The notes under the pieces were generated by a model that was not told the origin of the DNA, made no database searches, and saw only the letters and a program-made list of their open reading frames with translations. Below, in pieces: positions 18,133-27,694 of a stretch of 64,000 nucleotides of DNA; position 1 is the stretch's first letter; every line of letters starts with the position of its first letter. The position numbers and the translations under genes were made by a program. Source of the DNA: a virus (taxonomy: Duplodnaviria; Caudoviricetes); IMG/VR virus record IMGVR_UViG_2687453321_000002, positions 1 through 64,000 of that record, one strand, 5' to 3'.

Positions 18133-18259
18133 GGCCTTCAGCGGAATCACCAATGATCATGCGCTCAACCGTGAAGTCACCTGGCTTAACCGGAGCAGGC
18201 TTCGGTTGTTCTGCCGGCTGCGGTTTACTCTCGCCGGCAGGTTTATTTGTCTGACTCAT
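18113..18259 (-). CDS. Small Pro-rich protein (48 aa) convergent with the membrane moron
   Basis: MSQTNKPAGESKPQPAEQPKPAPVKPG..; SD GGAG. Confidence 0.5.
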   Translation of the reverse strand: MSQTNKPAGESKPQPAEQPKPAPVKPGDFTVERMIIGDSAEGLRKKGK

Positions 18260-18400
18260 AAAACTCTCCATTTCTGTAAGGTTGTTTGTCGCGATTCAAC
18301 AATATCAGATGTGGAAAAACACCGCCAGGCTAGGTCTGGCACCTCCTTGAGGCTGCGCTAATGCGTGGCCTTTTTCCTTTCTGAAACCCGGAGCCGGGCA

Positions 18401-18757
18401 ATGAATAATCAACACCTGCCGCCGGGTTTCCTGGAGGCTACTTTGCTGTGGATGAAAACTAATGCACCTGTGCTTTATGGTTCGTTCGCTGCGTTCGGCA
18501 TGGCTACCTTGCTGACCTTGCGTGATGGCAAATCGTGGCTGGACGCGCTCTACGCTGGAGCCATTTGCTTGCTGATCTCTCTGGGCGTTATCAACTCCCT
18601 TGAGCTATTCGGAATGAGCCAAGACAACGCGCTGCTGATTGGCGTCGTGATTGGTGGCATCGGTGTGGAACGTTGCCTGGCAATTCTCCGCACTTTTTCC
18701 AGCATGAAAACCAACACACCAATGGATGAGAAGGAAAATCGTAAAAATGACCGTTAA
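18401..18757 (+). CDS. Holin (lambda family)
   Basis: Three TM segments, charged C-terminus, precedes endolysin. Confidence 0.8.
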   Translation: MNNQHLPPGFLEATLLWMKTNAPVLYGSFAAFGMATLLTLRDGKSWLDALYAGAICLLISLGVINSLELFGMSQDNALLIGVVIGGIGVERCLAILRTFSSMKTNTPMDEKENRKNDR

Positions 18758-19139
18758 TTTTTGCTTTAGCCCACGCAGTGAAAAAAATCTGCAAGGTGTC
18801 AATCCTGCTCTGATTGCAGTCGTCCGCCGAGCTCTTGAATTATCACCCGTAGATTTCGGCATTACTGAGGGGCTTCGAACTCTTGAACGCCAGCGCGAAA
18901 TGGTACAGACCGGAAAAAGCCAAACGCTGAAAAGTCGCCACTTGACCGGGCACGCTGTGGATGTGGTTGCATATTTGGGCACCAACATCAGTTGGGAATG
19001 GCGGTATTACGAACAGATCGCCACAGCGTTTAAGCAGGCCGGCAAAGAGCTGGGGACGGTGATCGAGTGGGGCGGCGACTGGAAAACCTTGAAAGACGGC
19101 CCGCACTTCCAGCTATCAGTGAGGGATTACCCAGCATGA
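18747..19139 (+). CDS. Endolysin, M15 L-Ala-D-Glu peptidase
   Basis: EGLRT, SRHLTGHAVD, WGGDW, DGPHFQL. Confidence 0.9.
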   Translation: MTVNFCFSPRSEKNLQGVNPALIAVVRRALELSPVDFGITEGLRTLERQREMVQTGKSQTLKSRHLTGHAVDVVAYLGTNISWEWRYYEQIATAFKQAGKELGTVIEWGGDWKTLKDGPHFQLSVRDYPA

Positions 19140-19522
19140 CCGGTTGGTTGCAAAAACTGATGCAGGGCGGGTTGGTGCTGTTGCTGCTGGTGGCTATCTG
19201 TCTTGGTGGTTACAGCTCGCTGTTGTCGCACCGGTTGGCGCTGGCACGCCAGCAGGTTGCAGATCAGGAAAAGACGCTGGCGCAGCAGGCTGGGCTGATC
19301 ACTACATTGCGCGCGGATGACGCCCGTAATCGCGCAATGATGGTCGAACAGCAACGGAGAGAGTATCAACTGCGCCAGCGGGGTGAAATCTATCAAAGGA
19401 AGTACCAGGATGCTATCAAAAACGATGAGTGCGCCCGTGGCCGCGCTCCTGACGCTGTGCTTGGCCTCCTGCTCGGCACGGATGCCACCGCCACCGAAAC
19501 CCATCGTCTTGCTGCCCCCTGA
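19136..19522 (+). CDS. i-spanin (Rz-like)
   Basis: N-terminal TM + coiled coil + C-terminal Cys. Confidence 0.8.
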   Translation: MTGWLQKLMQGGLVLLLLVAICLGGYSSLLSHRLALARQQVADQEKTLAQQAGLITTLRADDARNRAMMVEQQRREYQLRQRGEIYQRKYQDAIKNDECARGRAPDAVLGLLLGTDATATETHRLAAP

Positions 19523-19673
19523 GTCTGTATTCAGGTTATGCGAGCGCCCGACGTTGCAGGGTAATACCTGGGGGGACATCGGGAGCTACGCGCTGGCACT
19601 GCAAACTGCTTTATCAATATGCGCCGGCCAAGTGGTCACGCTGAACCAATGGCGGGAAGCCGCCGGGAGATAA
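19410..19673 (+). CDS. o-spanin (Rz1-like lipoprotein)
   Basis: Overlaps Rz; lipobox LASC; Pro-rich; TWGD. Confidence 0.8.
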   Translation: MLSKTMSAPVAALLTLCLASCSARMPPPPKPIVLLPPESVFRLCERPTLQGNTWGDIGSYALALQTALSICAGQVVTLNQWREAAGR

Positions 19674-19674
19674 A

Positions 19675-19917
19675 ATGGAAAATCAACACCGTAAAATTGC
19701 TGGATATCGTGAACTGACCCAGGACGAAATCGACTGCATGAACAAGGTTAAGGCATTAGGCGAAGAATTGGGTAAGCTTTATGACTATTTGTTAATCAGC
19801 AATCATGATACCGGCGGACATCAGATAGATATGCGTTGGTTGAATGAAGGGCGGACTGATCTTCAGAAGGGAATTATGTGTTGGGTGCGTGCCGTGGCGC
19901 AGCCTACGACATTTTAA
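19675..19917 (+). CDS. acb2: Acb2-like anti-CBASS cyclic-nucleotide sponge
   Basis: MENQHRKIAGYRELTQDEIDCMNKVKALG..RW..GRTDLQKGIM..RAVAQP matches the Acb2/Vs.4 signature. Confidence 0.85.
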   Translation: MENQHRKIAGYRELTQDEIDCMNKVKALGEELGKLYDYLLISNHDTGGHQIDMRWLNEGRTDLQKGIMCWVRAVAQPTTF

Positions 19918-20001
19918 AGATTGAGTTATATTTTGTTGTTTACGGTTTGGCAGGGTATCCTACTTTCGGCCATATGAGGCTATGACAAAAAGGATATTTT
20001 C

Positions 20002-20430
20002 ATGAGTAATTATCTTGCCAAATCAGCAAATGGGCATGATCAGTCTACAGCAAAAGCAATACAACTAGGGTTACAAACTGCTATGAACAAAGGATGCAGC
20101 TTACTGCTGTTATCTCCTGGTATTCAGAACGCAAAAAACTCTGACGTACTTGAGTCTGCGCTAGGAAGTGCGGCTTATAAGCAGATTGTGAACCAAAGAG
20201 GACATGTTCAGATCCCTAATACTAACAATACGATTTCACTTGAAACAATAAGCACGATGAAACATGGTTTATCGGCTTTTGATGGTGTTATCGTTGGGTT
20301 GTGGACCTCATCTAAGGATGCAGACACTATATCTGCAACCGCAAAGCAAGCAAAAGATGTGATTCTTGTTGAGTGGGCTGATTCAGAGTTGGATCCTTGG
20401 AGTGGAAAGCACAATGCGACTATTATTTAA
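20002..20430 (+). CDS. Hypothetical moron protein
   Basis: AT-rich, followed by terminator 20464-20487. Confidence 0.65.
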   Translation: MSNYLAKSANGHDQSTAKAIQLGLQTAMNKGCSLLLLSPGIQNAKNSDVLESALGSAAYKQIVNQRGHVQIPNTNNTISLETISTMKHGLSAFDGVIVGLWTSSKDADTISATAKQAKDVILVEWADSELDPWSGKHNATII

Positions 20431-20831
20431 AAAATAATATTGCGTTGTTATTATTGTTTATCTAAACCCGTTACGGCGGGTTTTTTGTATTACAGAGCGG
20501 CTTTCCGAGGCTGCTGCGTAATGCGCAAGCAAAATCACCGGCAGATCCTGCCTGGTCACCCTGACCGTTATCTGCTGGTGGTTTTTATTTTGTTCTGAGT
20601 TTTTGCGTTGGCCACAAAGAAAATCAGCATAAACGATCTGTATTCGTAGATGGTGGTTAGCGGTTTTCCCGAGCGGGTATTCCAGAGGTCAGCAGAAAAT
20701 TCTAAAGGAGGGTGGGCGACCATCGGCAGCTGTAACTGCCGATGGTCATTCATACCCACGTCACAGGTCATGAGTATGAACCAAGGCCCACTTGCTCTCG
20801 AGAGCAGGGCCATAGTATTGGATCCTCAGAA

Positions 20832-22259
20832 ATGACCAAAGGAAAAAATCAATCAACGCTCTCAATTGTTTACAAAACACGCGAGTCGTTGATGGCTTAT
20901 GCACGAAATGCCCGAACCCACTCCGATGAGCAGGTTCGACAGATTGTTGCCAGCATCAGTGAGTACGGGTGGACGAATCCGGTACTGATTGATGAAAACG
21001 AAGAAGTGATCGCCGGTCACGGTCGGTTGCTGGCGGCTGAACAGCTTTTTGTCGATGAAGTGCCGACTATCACGCTGTCGGGCCTGAGTGAGCAGCAGAA
21101 AAAAGCCTACCGCCTGGCGGACAACAAACTGCCGTTAAATGCTGGGTGGGACGATGAATTATTGAAGCTGGAGTTGAGCGACTTGCTGGACAGCGGCTTT
21201 GATATCGATCTGACTGGCTTTAGCCAGGCTGAGATTGATGAAATTTTCACTGTCGATGAGGTGTTGCCCGGTGAATCGAAGGCGGGAAACCTGACAGAAA
21301 AATTCTTAGTGCCGCCTTTTTCTGTGCTTAATGCCCGAGAAGGCTGGTGGCAAGATCGCAAGAAAAATTGGATCGCCCTTGGCATCCAATCAGAGTCGGG
21401 CCGCGAAGACGAATTGTTGTTCAGCAAATCGACGCAAAGCGGTGCGGTCTACGGCAAGAAAAACGCGTATGAGGCTAAAATAGGCAGGGTGGTCAGCTGG
21501 GATGAATTTTTCCAGGCGCACCCTGACCTACAGACTTTGCCGACCACGAGCATTTTCGACCCGGTAATGTGTGAATTGGCTTATCGCTGGTTTTCACCTG
21601 AGGGTGGGACGGTTATTGACCCTTTTGCTGGTGGATCAGTTAGGGGCGTTGTCGCGGCTAAATTGGGGCGTCAATACCTTGGCTGTGATTTGAGAAGCGA
21701 ACAGGTAGAGGCAAACCGCCAGCAATGGGTGCAGATTGATACCGATGGTGGCGCTGCCCCTCATTGGCACTGTGGCGATAGTCGTGACATTCATCAGCAC
21801 TTCAAAGGGGCGCAGGCAGATTTTTTATTCAGTTGCCCGCCTTATGCTGATCTTGAGGTTTATTCTGACGATCCCGCTGATATTTCGACGCTGAACTACC
21901 CGGAGTTTGTCATCGCCTACCGGCAGATCATCAAAAATGCGCTGTCACTGCTTAAAGAAGACCGATTCGCGTGTTTTGTCGTAGGGGAGGTGCGGGACGC
22001 GAAAGGCATCTACCGTAATTTCGTCAGTGATACCGTGTTGGCGTTTTGTGATGCCGGCGCAGCGTATTACAACGAGGCGATCCTTGTTACTCAGGCGGGA
22101 AGTTTACCCGTTCGGGCTGGGAAAATGTTTTCCGCCAGCCGAAAGCTCGGTAAGACGCACCAAAATGTACTGGTGTTCGTGAAAGGCGATCCCCGTAAAG
22201 CGGTTGAGGCCTGTGGTGTCGTAGACGTCACTGATATTTTCCCCGACGAGCCAGACTAA
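20832..22259 (+). CDS. ParB-N domain fused to amino-DNA methyltransferase
   Basis: NARTH..IAGHGR ParB-N; DPFAGGSVRG and SCPPY motifs. Confidence 0.85.
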   Translation: MTKGKNQSTLSIVYKTRESLMAYARNARTHSDEQVRQIVASISEYGWTNPVLIDENEEVIAGHGRLLAAEQLFVDEVPTITLSGLSEQQKKAYRLADNKLPLNAGWDDELLKLELSDLLDSGFDIDLTGFSQAEIDEIFTVDEVLPGESKAGNLTEKFLVPPFSVLNAREGWWQDRKKNWIALGIQSESGREDELLFSKSTQSGAVYGKKNAYEAKIGRVVSWDEFFQAHPDLQTLPTTSIFDPVMCELAYRWFSPEGGTVIDPFAGGSVRGVVAAKLGRQYLGCDLRSEQVEANRQQWVQIDTDGGAAPHWHCGDSRDIHQHFKGAQADFLFSCPPYADLEVYSDDPADISTLNYPEFVIAYRQIIKNALSLLKEDRFACFVVGEVRDAKGIYRNFVSDTVLAFCDAGAAYYNEAILVTQAGSLPVRAGKMFSASRKLGKTHQNVLVFVKGDPRKAVEACGVVDVTDIFPDEPD

Positions 22260-22480
22260 AGACGATATTTCGCCTTCAGGGCGTCAATACCGGCGGCAAT
22301 CAGTAAAGCCGGCTCTCTTCCCATCTGTATTTGAAACTCTGGTCGCAGCACGGCTTCTTTAGCCCGTGTGATTACCCGCGCTTCATTACCCAGGCGAGGA
22401 AAGCTGCCGGCAAGTTTGATAGCCGCTTCCCAATCGTTATCACTGGCAAGTTCCCTGAGAACGTCGATTTTCTTTTTCAT
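22256..22480 (-). CDS. Small hypothetical protein
   Basis: SD GGAGG before MKKKIDVL. Confidence 0.6.
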   Translation of the reverse strand: MKKKIDVLRELASDNDWEAAIKLAGSFPRLGNEARVITRAKEAVLRPEFQIQMGREPALLIAAGIDALKAKYRL

Positions 22481-22549
22481 GGCGTTTTCCTCCGTGCTTT
22501 GGACGATAGCGGAGTCACCGCCCCCGTTCGAGGGGGACGCGGGGGAAAT

Positions 22550-22813
22550 ATGCAAACTTTACCCATAGCGAACATCGAAGCGTTGGCCGCCCGTCGTTTG
22601 AGCGAGCAGCAGATAGCTGACGTGTTGGATATTTCTCTGGATGAGCTGAAAAAGGACAGAGAGCAGCTATCGCTATTTCGAGTCGCTATACGGAAAGGGC
22701 GGGCAAAAGGAGAGGCTGAGTTGAGGGGCGCGCTGTATAGGCGGGCCAAGAACGGGGACATACAGGCATACAGCGAATTGCTGAGGCGCGAGAAACAACA
22801 GGACAGTGACTGA
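22550..22813 (+). CDS. Small HTH protein
   Basis: LSEQQIADVLDIS; coupled to terminase small subunit. Confidence 0.65.
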   Translation: MQTLPIANIEALAARRLSEQQIADVLDISLDELKKDREQLSLFRVAIRKGRAKGEAELRGALYRRAKNGDIQAYSELLRREKQQDSD

Positions 22814-23841
22814 TGAGCAAGCCTGATGAGAAAGCAATCGAGCGTGATTTCTGTGCTGGTGAGCTTTCCCTACAGGACGTTGCGGATAAGCACGGGATCA
22901 CGATAAAAGCCCTGCGATACATGGCGGGCAAACGCGGTTGGAAACGCAACAAAGGGGCAAGGGCAAAAGCGGGGCAAAAAAACGGGGCAAAAAATAATTC
23001 TGCCCCAAAAAAAACGCCCCAAAAAAAGCAGCAAGATCCTGATGGCTTCCAACAGCCGCGCCGGAAAATTTCCAATGAAGAAAATTCCTCAGAGGAAGAT
23101 TTTGATCTGGCATTTGATCCTGATGAATTCGGACTTTCTGACCAGCACGCTCTTTTTGTTTATTGGTATGTAAAAACAAAAAACAGAGTCGAGGCGTATA
23201 GAAAAGCGGGCTACAAGTGCGAAGGCAACGCTGCTTATGCTGCTGCCAGCCGGCTGTATAGGAATGTTAAGGTTTCGAAGGCTATCCGGGCGCTGTTAAA
23301 TCGCTTCCGGGAACGCTACACCGCAGACCTTGATGAAATTGTCGATCAGTTGGTGGCGATAACGCGGGCCGACCCTAACGCGCTGACGCAATACCGCCGT
23401 GTGAATTGCCGCCACTGCTGGGGCGAAAATAATTTATACCAATGGCAAGATATTCAGGAGTACGACCGCGCCGCTGCAAAAGCGATGAAGGATGGCCGGT
23501 CAGAGCCTGAATACGGCGGCCTTGGCTTTGTCACTAACTCCGACCCTAACCCAGATTGTCCGCGCTGCAATGGCGAGGGCGAAGGGGAATTGTTGATGGG
23601 GGATACCCGCGACCTTGATGCTAATGAGCACGCTTATTTCCTCGGGGTGAAGCAAACCAAAAATGGGATTGAGGCTGTTACTGAGAGTAAGCAGGCGGCT
23701 CGAGCCATGTTGGTAAAAATCATCCAGGGGGAAAATGCTGCTAGTCGCGGTGGTGATAAACCGCCGGTCAATCAATATAGCCCTGATGATTACCGCGCTG
23801 CTGCTTCATCACTCGACGATGAATTTGGGGATCTGGACTAA
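22813..23841 (+). CDS. terS: Terminase small subunit
   Basis: HTH, AYRKAGY..AASRL, CRHC..CPRC zinc ribbon. Confidence 0.85.
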   Translation: MSKPDEKAIERDFCAGELSLQDVADKHGITIKALRYMAGKRGWKRNKGARAKAGQKNGAKNNSAPKKTPQKKQQDPDGFQQPRRKISNEENSSEEDFDLAFDPDEFGLSDQHALFVYWYVKTKNRVEAYRKAGYKCEGNAAYAAASRLYRNVKVSKAIRALLNRFRERYTADLDEIVDQLVAITRADPNALTQYRRVNCRHCWGENNLYQWQDIQEYDRAAAKAMKDGRSEPEYGGLGFVTNSDPNPDCPRCNGEGEGELLMGDTRDLDANEHAYFLGVKQTKNGIEAVTESKQAARAMLVKIIQGENAASRGGDKPPVNQYSPDDYRAAASSLDDEFGDLD

Positions 23842-25481
23842 TGAGAATACTCGAATGGGAGGATCTCGATTTTCCGGCGCGGGTAGCCTTGAAAGCCAAG
23901 TCTGAAAAAAGCTTCCTCAATTTTACCCGGTTGCAGTTCGAGCTTCAGAGCGGTCAGCGGATGATGGTCAACTGGCATCATCGCCTTATGGCCTCGAAAA
24001 TCGATGACCTGATAAAAGGCGAACTACGGCCGCGCAACCTGATCGTCAACATTCCACCAGGCGGCACAAAAACGGAGTTCTTTTCGATACATCTGCCTGC
24101 TTACGTGAACATGTTGGTGCAGACCGAGAAGTTACGCCGATTCCGCAACCTGAATATTTCTTTTGCCGATACGCTGGTAAAGCGAAATTCTCGTCGTACC
24201 CGCGACCTGATCTTGAGTCGGGAATATCAGGAATTTTGGCCGTGCAGCTTTGGCGTCAATCAGGCGGAAGAATGGGAAATTGTCGATACGAAGGGCCGCT
24301 CTATCGGGCAAACCGTATCACGTTCAAGTGGTGGTCAGATCACCGGCGGACGCGGTGGTTACGCCGGACCTGATTTTTCCGGCTTCGTCTGTTTGGATGA
24401 TTACAACAAACCCGACGATATGTTTTCTGCATCTCGCCGGGAAGCCGCCAACCGCTTGCTGGTGAATACCATCCGCTCACGTCGTGGTGATAAGTCAAAA
24501 GATCATCCGACCCCGTTCGTCAGCATCCAGCAACGTCTGCACATGAAAGACGCTACCGGTTTTATGCTGGCCGGCGGCATGGGCGTAGATTTCCACCACG
24601 TCGCGATCCCGGCGTTGGTCAGTGAAGAATTTATCGATTCACTGGCTGAGCCATGGCGTTCGATGTGCTGGAGCCAGGTAAAAAACACCGAAAGTGTGGT
24701 GGTGAACGGTGTCCGGTATTGGTCCTACTGGCCGGAAAACGAGTACATCGGTGACCTGCTGAAACTGTGGGAAAGCGACGAATACACGTTTTGGAGCCAG
24801 TACATGCAGCGCCCGCGGGCACTGACTGGTGGTCTGATTGATACGGTCTGGTTCCCGCGTTATGAAACGTTGCCGATTCTGACGCACCGCGCCGTTTATG
24901 TGGATACAAACAGCGGGAAAGTTGAGGACTATAACGATTACACGGTCTTCACGCTGGTGGGTGTCGACCGGGCTAAAAATCTGTACATCATCGACAGTGT
25001 GCGTGGTCGTTGGGACCCGGAAGACTTGCTGAAAAAGGCGGTTGAGCTGTGGGAAAAATGGAAGCCGCATAACCCTCGCCAGCCGGCACCACTTCGTCAT
25101 ATGGCGATAGAGGATAAACAGGCGGGCCAGGGGCTGATCACCACGCTGAAAAAACGTAAAAGCATTCCGATTCTGGAAATTCCTCGCGGTGCCGGGCAGA
25201 ACAAGTTAATCCGTTGCCTGAACGTCATCCCTCAAATCAAAACCGGCACAGTCTATGTACCCGCCATCATGGCCGACGATGGCCGCAAAATCGCGTATGT
25301 GAAGTATCACGACGGCAGGATCGCAGCGGCAACCGATTGGGTGCTGCCCGGTTTGGCCGAATGCGCTGATTTTTCTGCCGACGATAGCCACGCAAATGAT
25401 GACATGTTGGATACCTGGATGGATGCGATCGATATCGAACTGATTTCCTCCTTGGGGATCTCTGAAAAAGACTGGGTATAA
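23841..25481 (+). CDS. terL: Terminase large subunit
   Basis: Walker A PPGGTKT, GQITGGRG, Walker B LDD, RNase H nuclease residues. Confidence 0.93.
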   Translation: MRILEWEDLDFPARVALKAKSEKSFLNFTRLQFELQSGQRMMVNWHHRLMASKIDDLIKGELRPRNLIVNIPPGGTKTEFFSIHLPAYVNMLVQTEKLRRFRNLNISFADTLVKRNSRRTRDLILSREYQEFWPCSFGVNQAEEWEIVDTKGRSIGQTVSRSSGGQITGGRGGYAGPDFSGFVCLDDYNKPDDMFSASRREAANRLLVNTIRSRRGDKSKDHPTPFVSIQQRLHMKDATGFMLAGGMGVDFHHVAIPALVSEEFIDSLAEPWRSMCWSQVKNTESVVVNGVRYWSYWPENEYIGDLLKLWESDEYTFWSQYMQRPRALTGGLIDTVWFPRYETLPILTHRAVYVDTNSGKVEDYNDYTVFTLVGVDRAKNLYIIDSVRGRWDPEDLLKKAVELWEKWKPHNPRQPAPLRHMAIEDKQAGQGLITTLKKRKSIPILEIPRGAGQNKLIRCLNVIPQIKTGTVYVPAIMADDGRKIAYVKYHDGRIAAATDWVLPGLAECADFSADDSHANDDMLDTWMDAIDIELISSLGISEKDWV

Positions 25482-25483
25482 AA

Positions 25484-26884
25484 ATGAAAAAACGGTCACT
25501 CCCTGACGTTGGCGGGAAGCCGCGTATACGGCTGACGGCTGATGGGCTTGAAAACGTAATGACCGGGATGGGAACCGAACGAGACCGTCGGACCCATAAC
25601 CGATTCATGCTCGGCACCATGCAGGACTTTGCCGAAATGGAGTCCGCATATATCGAAAACTGGGTAGCGCGTGCCATTGTTGATTTTCCGGTTGAGGATG
25701 CAACGCGGGAATGGCGCACGTTCTCAACTGACGACGCAAAGGTGCTACAGGATGCAGAAAAGCAATTCGGTATCCAGAGCATTACTCAAGATGCGTTTCG
25801 TTGGGCAGGTGTATATGGCGGTGCCGGGGTATTGATGCTTACAGATCAAGACCTCGCAAAACCGTTAAACCTGAAAAAAATTAAAAAGGGTTCGCTGAAG
25901 CAGCTAAAGGTGCTCGACCGCATGCTGATCAACGGGTTCGATTATAACGTCACCAATATTCTGGCAGATAACTACATGCGCCCGGAGGTGTACCGGGTAA
26001 ACGGTGGGCTGCAAAATATTCACCACAGCCATTTTGTTGTTGCTCCAGGTGCGGCACTGCCAATGAGGCTACGGCTTATTAATGGTGGGTGGGATGATAG
26101 CCAGTTGCGGCGCTGTTTGGACGACATCAAGGATTCAGTGGCGGCAAAAGGTGGCATAGCGTCTCTGATTCTGGAGGCCAACGTCGACACCATAACCCGC
26201 ACCAACTTGAGTAATGATCTGTCCACTGGCGATATGGATGAAGCGATAGCAAAGCGTTACCGCTTGTTCGGTATGATGAAATCCCTTTTTCGCTTGGCAC
26301 TGCTGGATTCGAATGAAGCCTTCGATCGCAAGCCGATCTCATTTGGTGGATTAGGCGAAATCCTCGCGGTGTTGATGGAGTGGACATCGGGGGCCGCTGG
26401 TATTCCCATGACGCGCCTATTTGGCGTGCAGGCGAAAGGGCTCGGTGATTCTGGTCAGGGGGATATGAACAACTACAACAACAATATTCGCGGGCAGCAG
26501 ACGACAAAATACAGGCCGTTCCTCAGCAATCTTGATGCTGTTTGGATCCGCTCAACTTTGGGTGCGATCCCCGATGGCTACGATTTCGAGTTTTCACCGT
26601 TGGCGCAGCCTAGCGATAGCGAACTTCATGATCAGCGTCTGGCTGACGCACAGGCTGATGATATTCGCCTGCAACAGAGGGTCGTCAAGCCGTCGCAAGT
26701 TGCACGTAAATTGATGGATCAGGGGCTTTATGGCATCGACGAATCTGATATTACCCGCATCGAAGACGATGAAAGCGCCGACCGGGACGGTGATTATCAA
26801 TTCCGGCTGGGACAAACTGAAGGCCCGAATGGCAACAGTGTCCCAGACCCGAAGGAAGCCGATCCGACCGGTAACGCTGAATGA
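25484..26884 (+). CDS. Portal protein (DUF1073)
   Basis: Follows terL; IVD.PVEDATREW, IPMTRLFG. Confidence 0.88.
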   Translation: MKKRSLPDVGGKPRIRLTADGLENVMTGMGTERDRRTHNRFMLGTMQDFAEMESAYIENWVARAIVDFPVEDATREWRTFSTDDAKVLQDAEKQFGIQSITQDAFRWAGVYGGAGVLMLTDQDLAKPLNLKKIKKGSLKQLKVLDRMLINGFDYNVTNILADNYMRPEVYRVNGGLQNIHHSHFVVAPGAALPMRLRLINGGWDDSQLRRCLDDIKDSVAAKGGIASLILEANVDTITRTNLSNDLSTGDMDEAIAKRYRLFGMMKSLFRLALLDSNEAFDRKPISFGGLGEILAVLMEWTSGAAGIPMTRLFGVQAKGLGDSGQGDMNNYNNNIRGQQTTKYRPFLSNLDAVWIRSTLGAIPDGYDFEFSPLAQPSDSELHDQRLADAQADDIRLQQRVVKPSQVARKLMDQGLYGIDESDITRIEDDESADRDGDYQFRLGQTEGPNGNSVPDPKEADPTGNAE

Positions 26885-27686
26885 CGATACCGAGAAATTC
26901 TACAACGGCCAGTTACGGGCGTTAATCCGCTTAATGGCCAGCTCGGTCGAATCGGTGCTCATTCCGGTGCTACGTCGCAACTATACCGCCGATAGCTTTC
27001 TTACTGATCTGATTAAAGAGGCCATCCGCCAGGCATCAGAGCAGTTTTACTCGGCAACACTGCAAGCACAGTTTCACCGGTTGGCTCAAACCGTGGTCAG
27101 TCGGGCTGAGTCTGATTCATCCAGTGCGTTTGTTGAGCAGATTAACCGGTCAATAGGCATTGATATGTCTGCGCTGGTAACGCGGGAAAGCCTGGGTGGT
27201 TTTTTTGATGCCTCGGTGGAAAGTAACGTCGCGCTGATCAAATCACTATCGTCCGATTACTTTGATGACATTCAGCGTGAAGTGATGGATAGCATCATGC
27301 GTGGTGACAGCGTTACTACGTTGACACGCAACTTGCAGCAGGTGACCGGGGCTGCTTACAAACGCGCCCACCTTATCGCCCGTGACCAGACGGCGAAGAT
27401 CCGCAGCGATACGACCAGCCGACGGCAACAATCGGCAGGCATTACGCGATTCCGCTGGTCTACATCTCAGGATCGCCGTGTAAGTGGAAATCCGGCGGGG
27501 AAATACCCCAATGCCAAAATTAAATGTTTTGTTCTTGCCCGCAACGACGTGGGCTACGGACCGGGCGTTTATCTCTGGTCACGCGGTGCTCAATTTAACG
27601 GCGAAACCGGTCTGTTCCCTGGGCGGGCCCATATCGGTTGCCGCTGCCACGCCATCCCTCAAATTCAGGGACTTGATTACCAATAG
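26829..27686 (+). CDS. Minor head protein (SPP1 gp7/Mu F)
   Basis: LIARDQT, WSTSQDRRV, PG..IGCRC. Confidence 0.88.
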   Translation: MATVSQTRRKPIRPVTLNDDTEKFYNGQLRALIRLMASSVESVLIPVLRRNYTADSFLTDLIKEAIRQASEQFYSATLQAQFHRLAQTVVSRAESDSSSAFVEQINRSIGIDMSALVTRESLGGFFDASVESNVALIKSLSSDYFDDIQREVMDSIMRGDSVTTLTRNLQQVTGAAYKRAHLIARDQTAKIRSDTTSRRQQSAGITRFRWSTSQDRRVSGNPAGKYPNAKIKCFVLARNDVGYGPGVYLWSRGAQFNGETGLFPGRAHIGCRCHAIPQIQGLDYQ

Positions 27687-27694
27687 GACAATAA

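Noticed and set aside
25484-26884. Anti-CBASS Acb1 label sometimes given to DUF1073 proteins
   Set aside because: Position and motifs indicate the portal; no paired HxT phosphodiesterase domain evident
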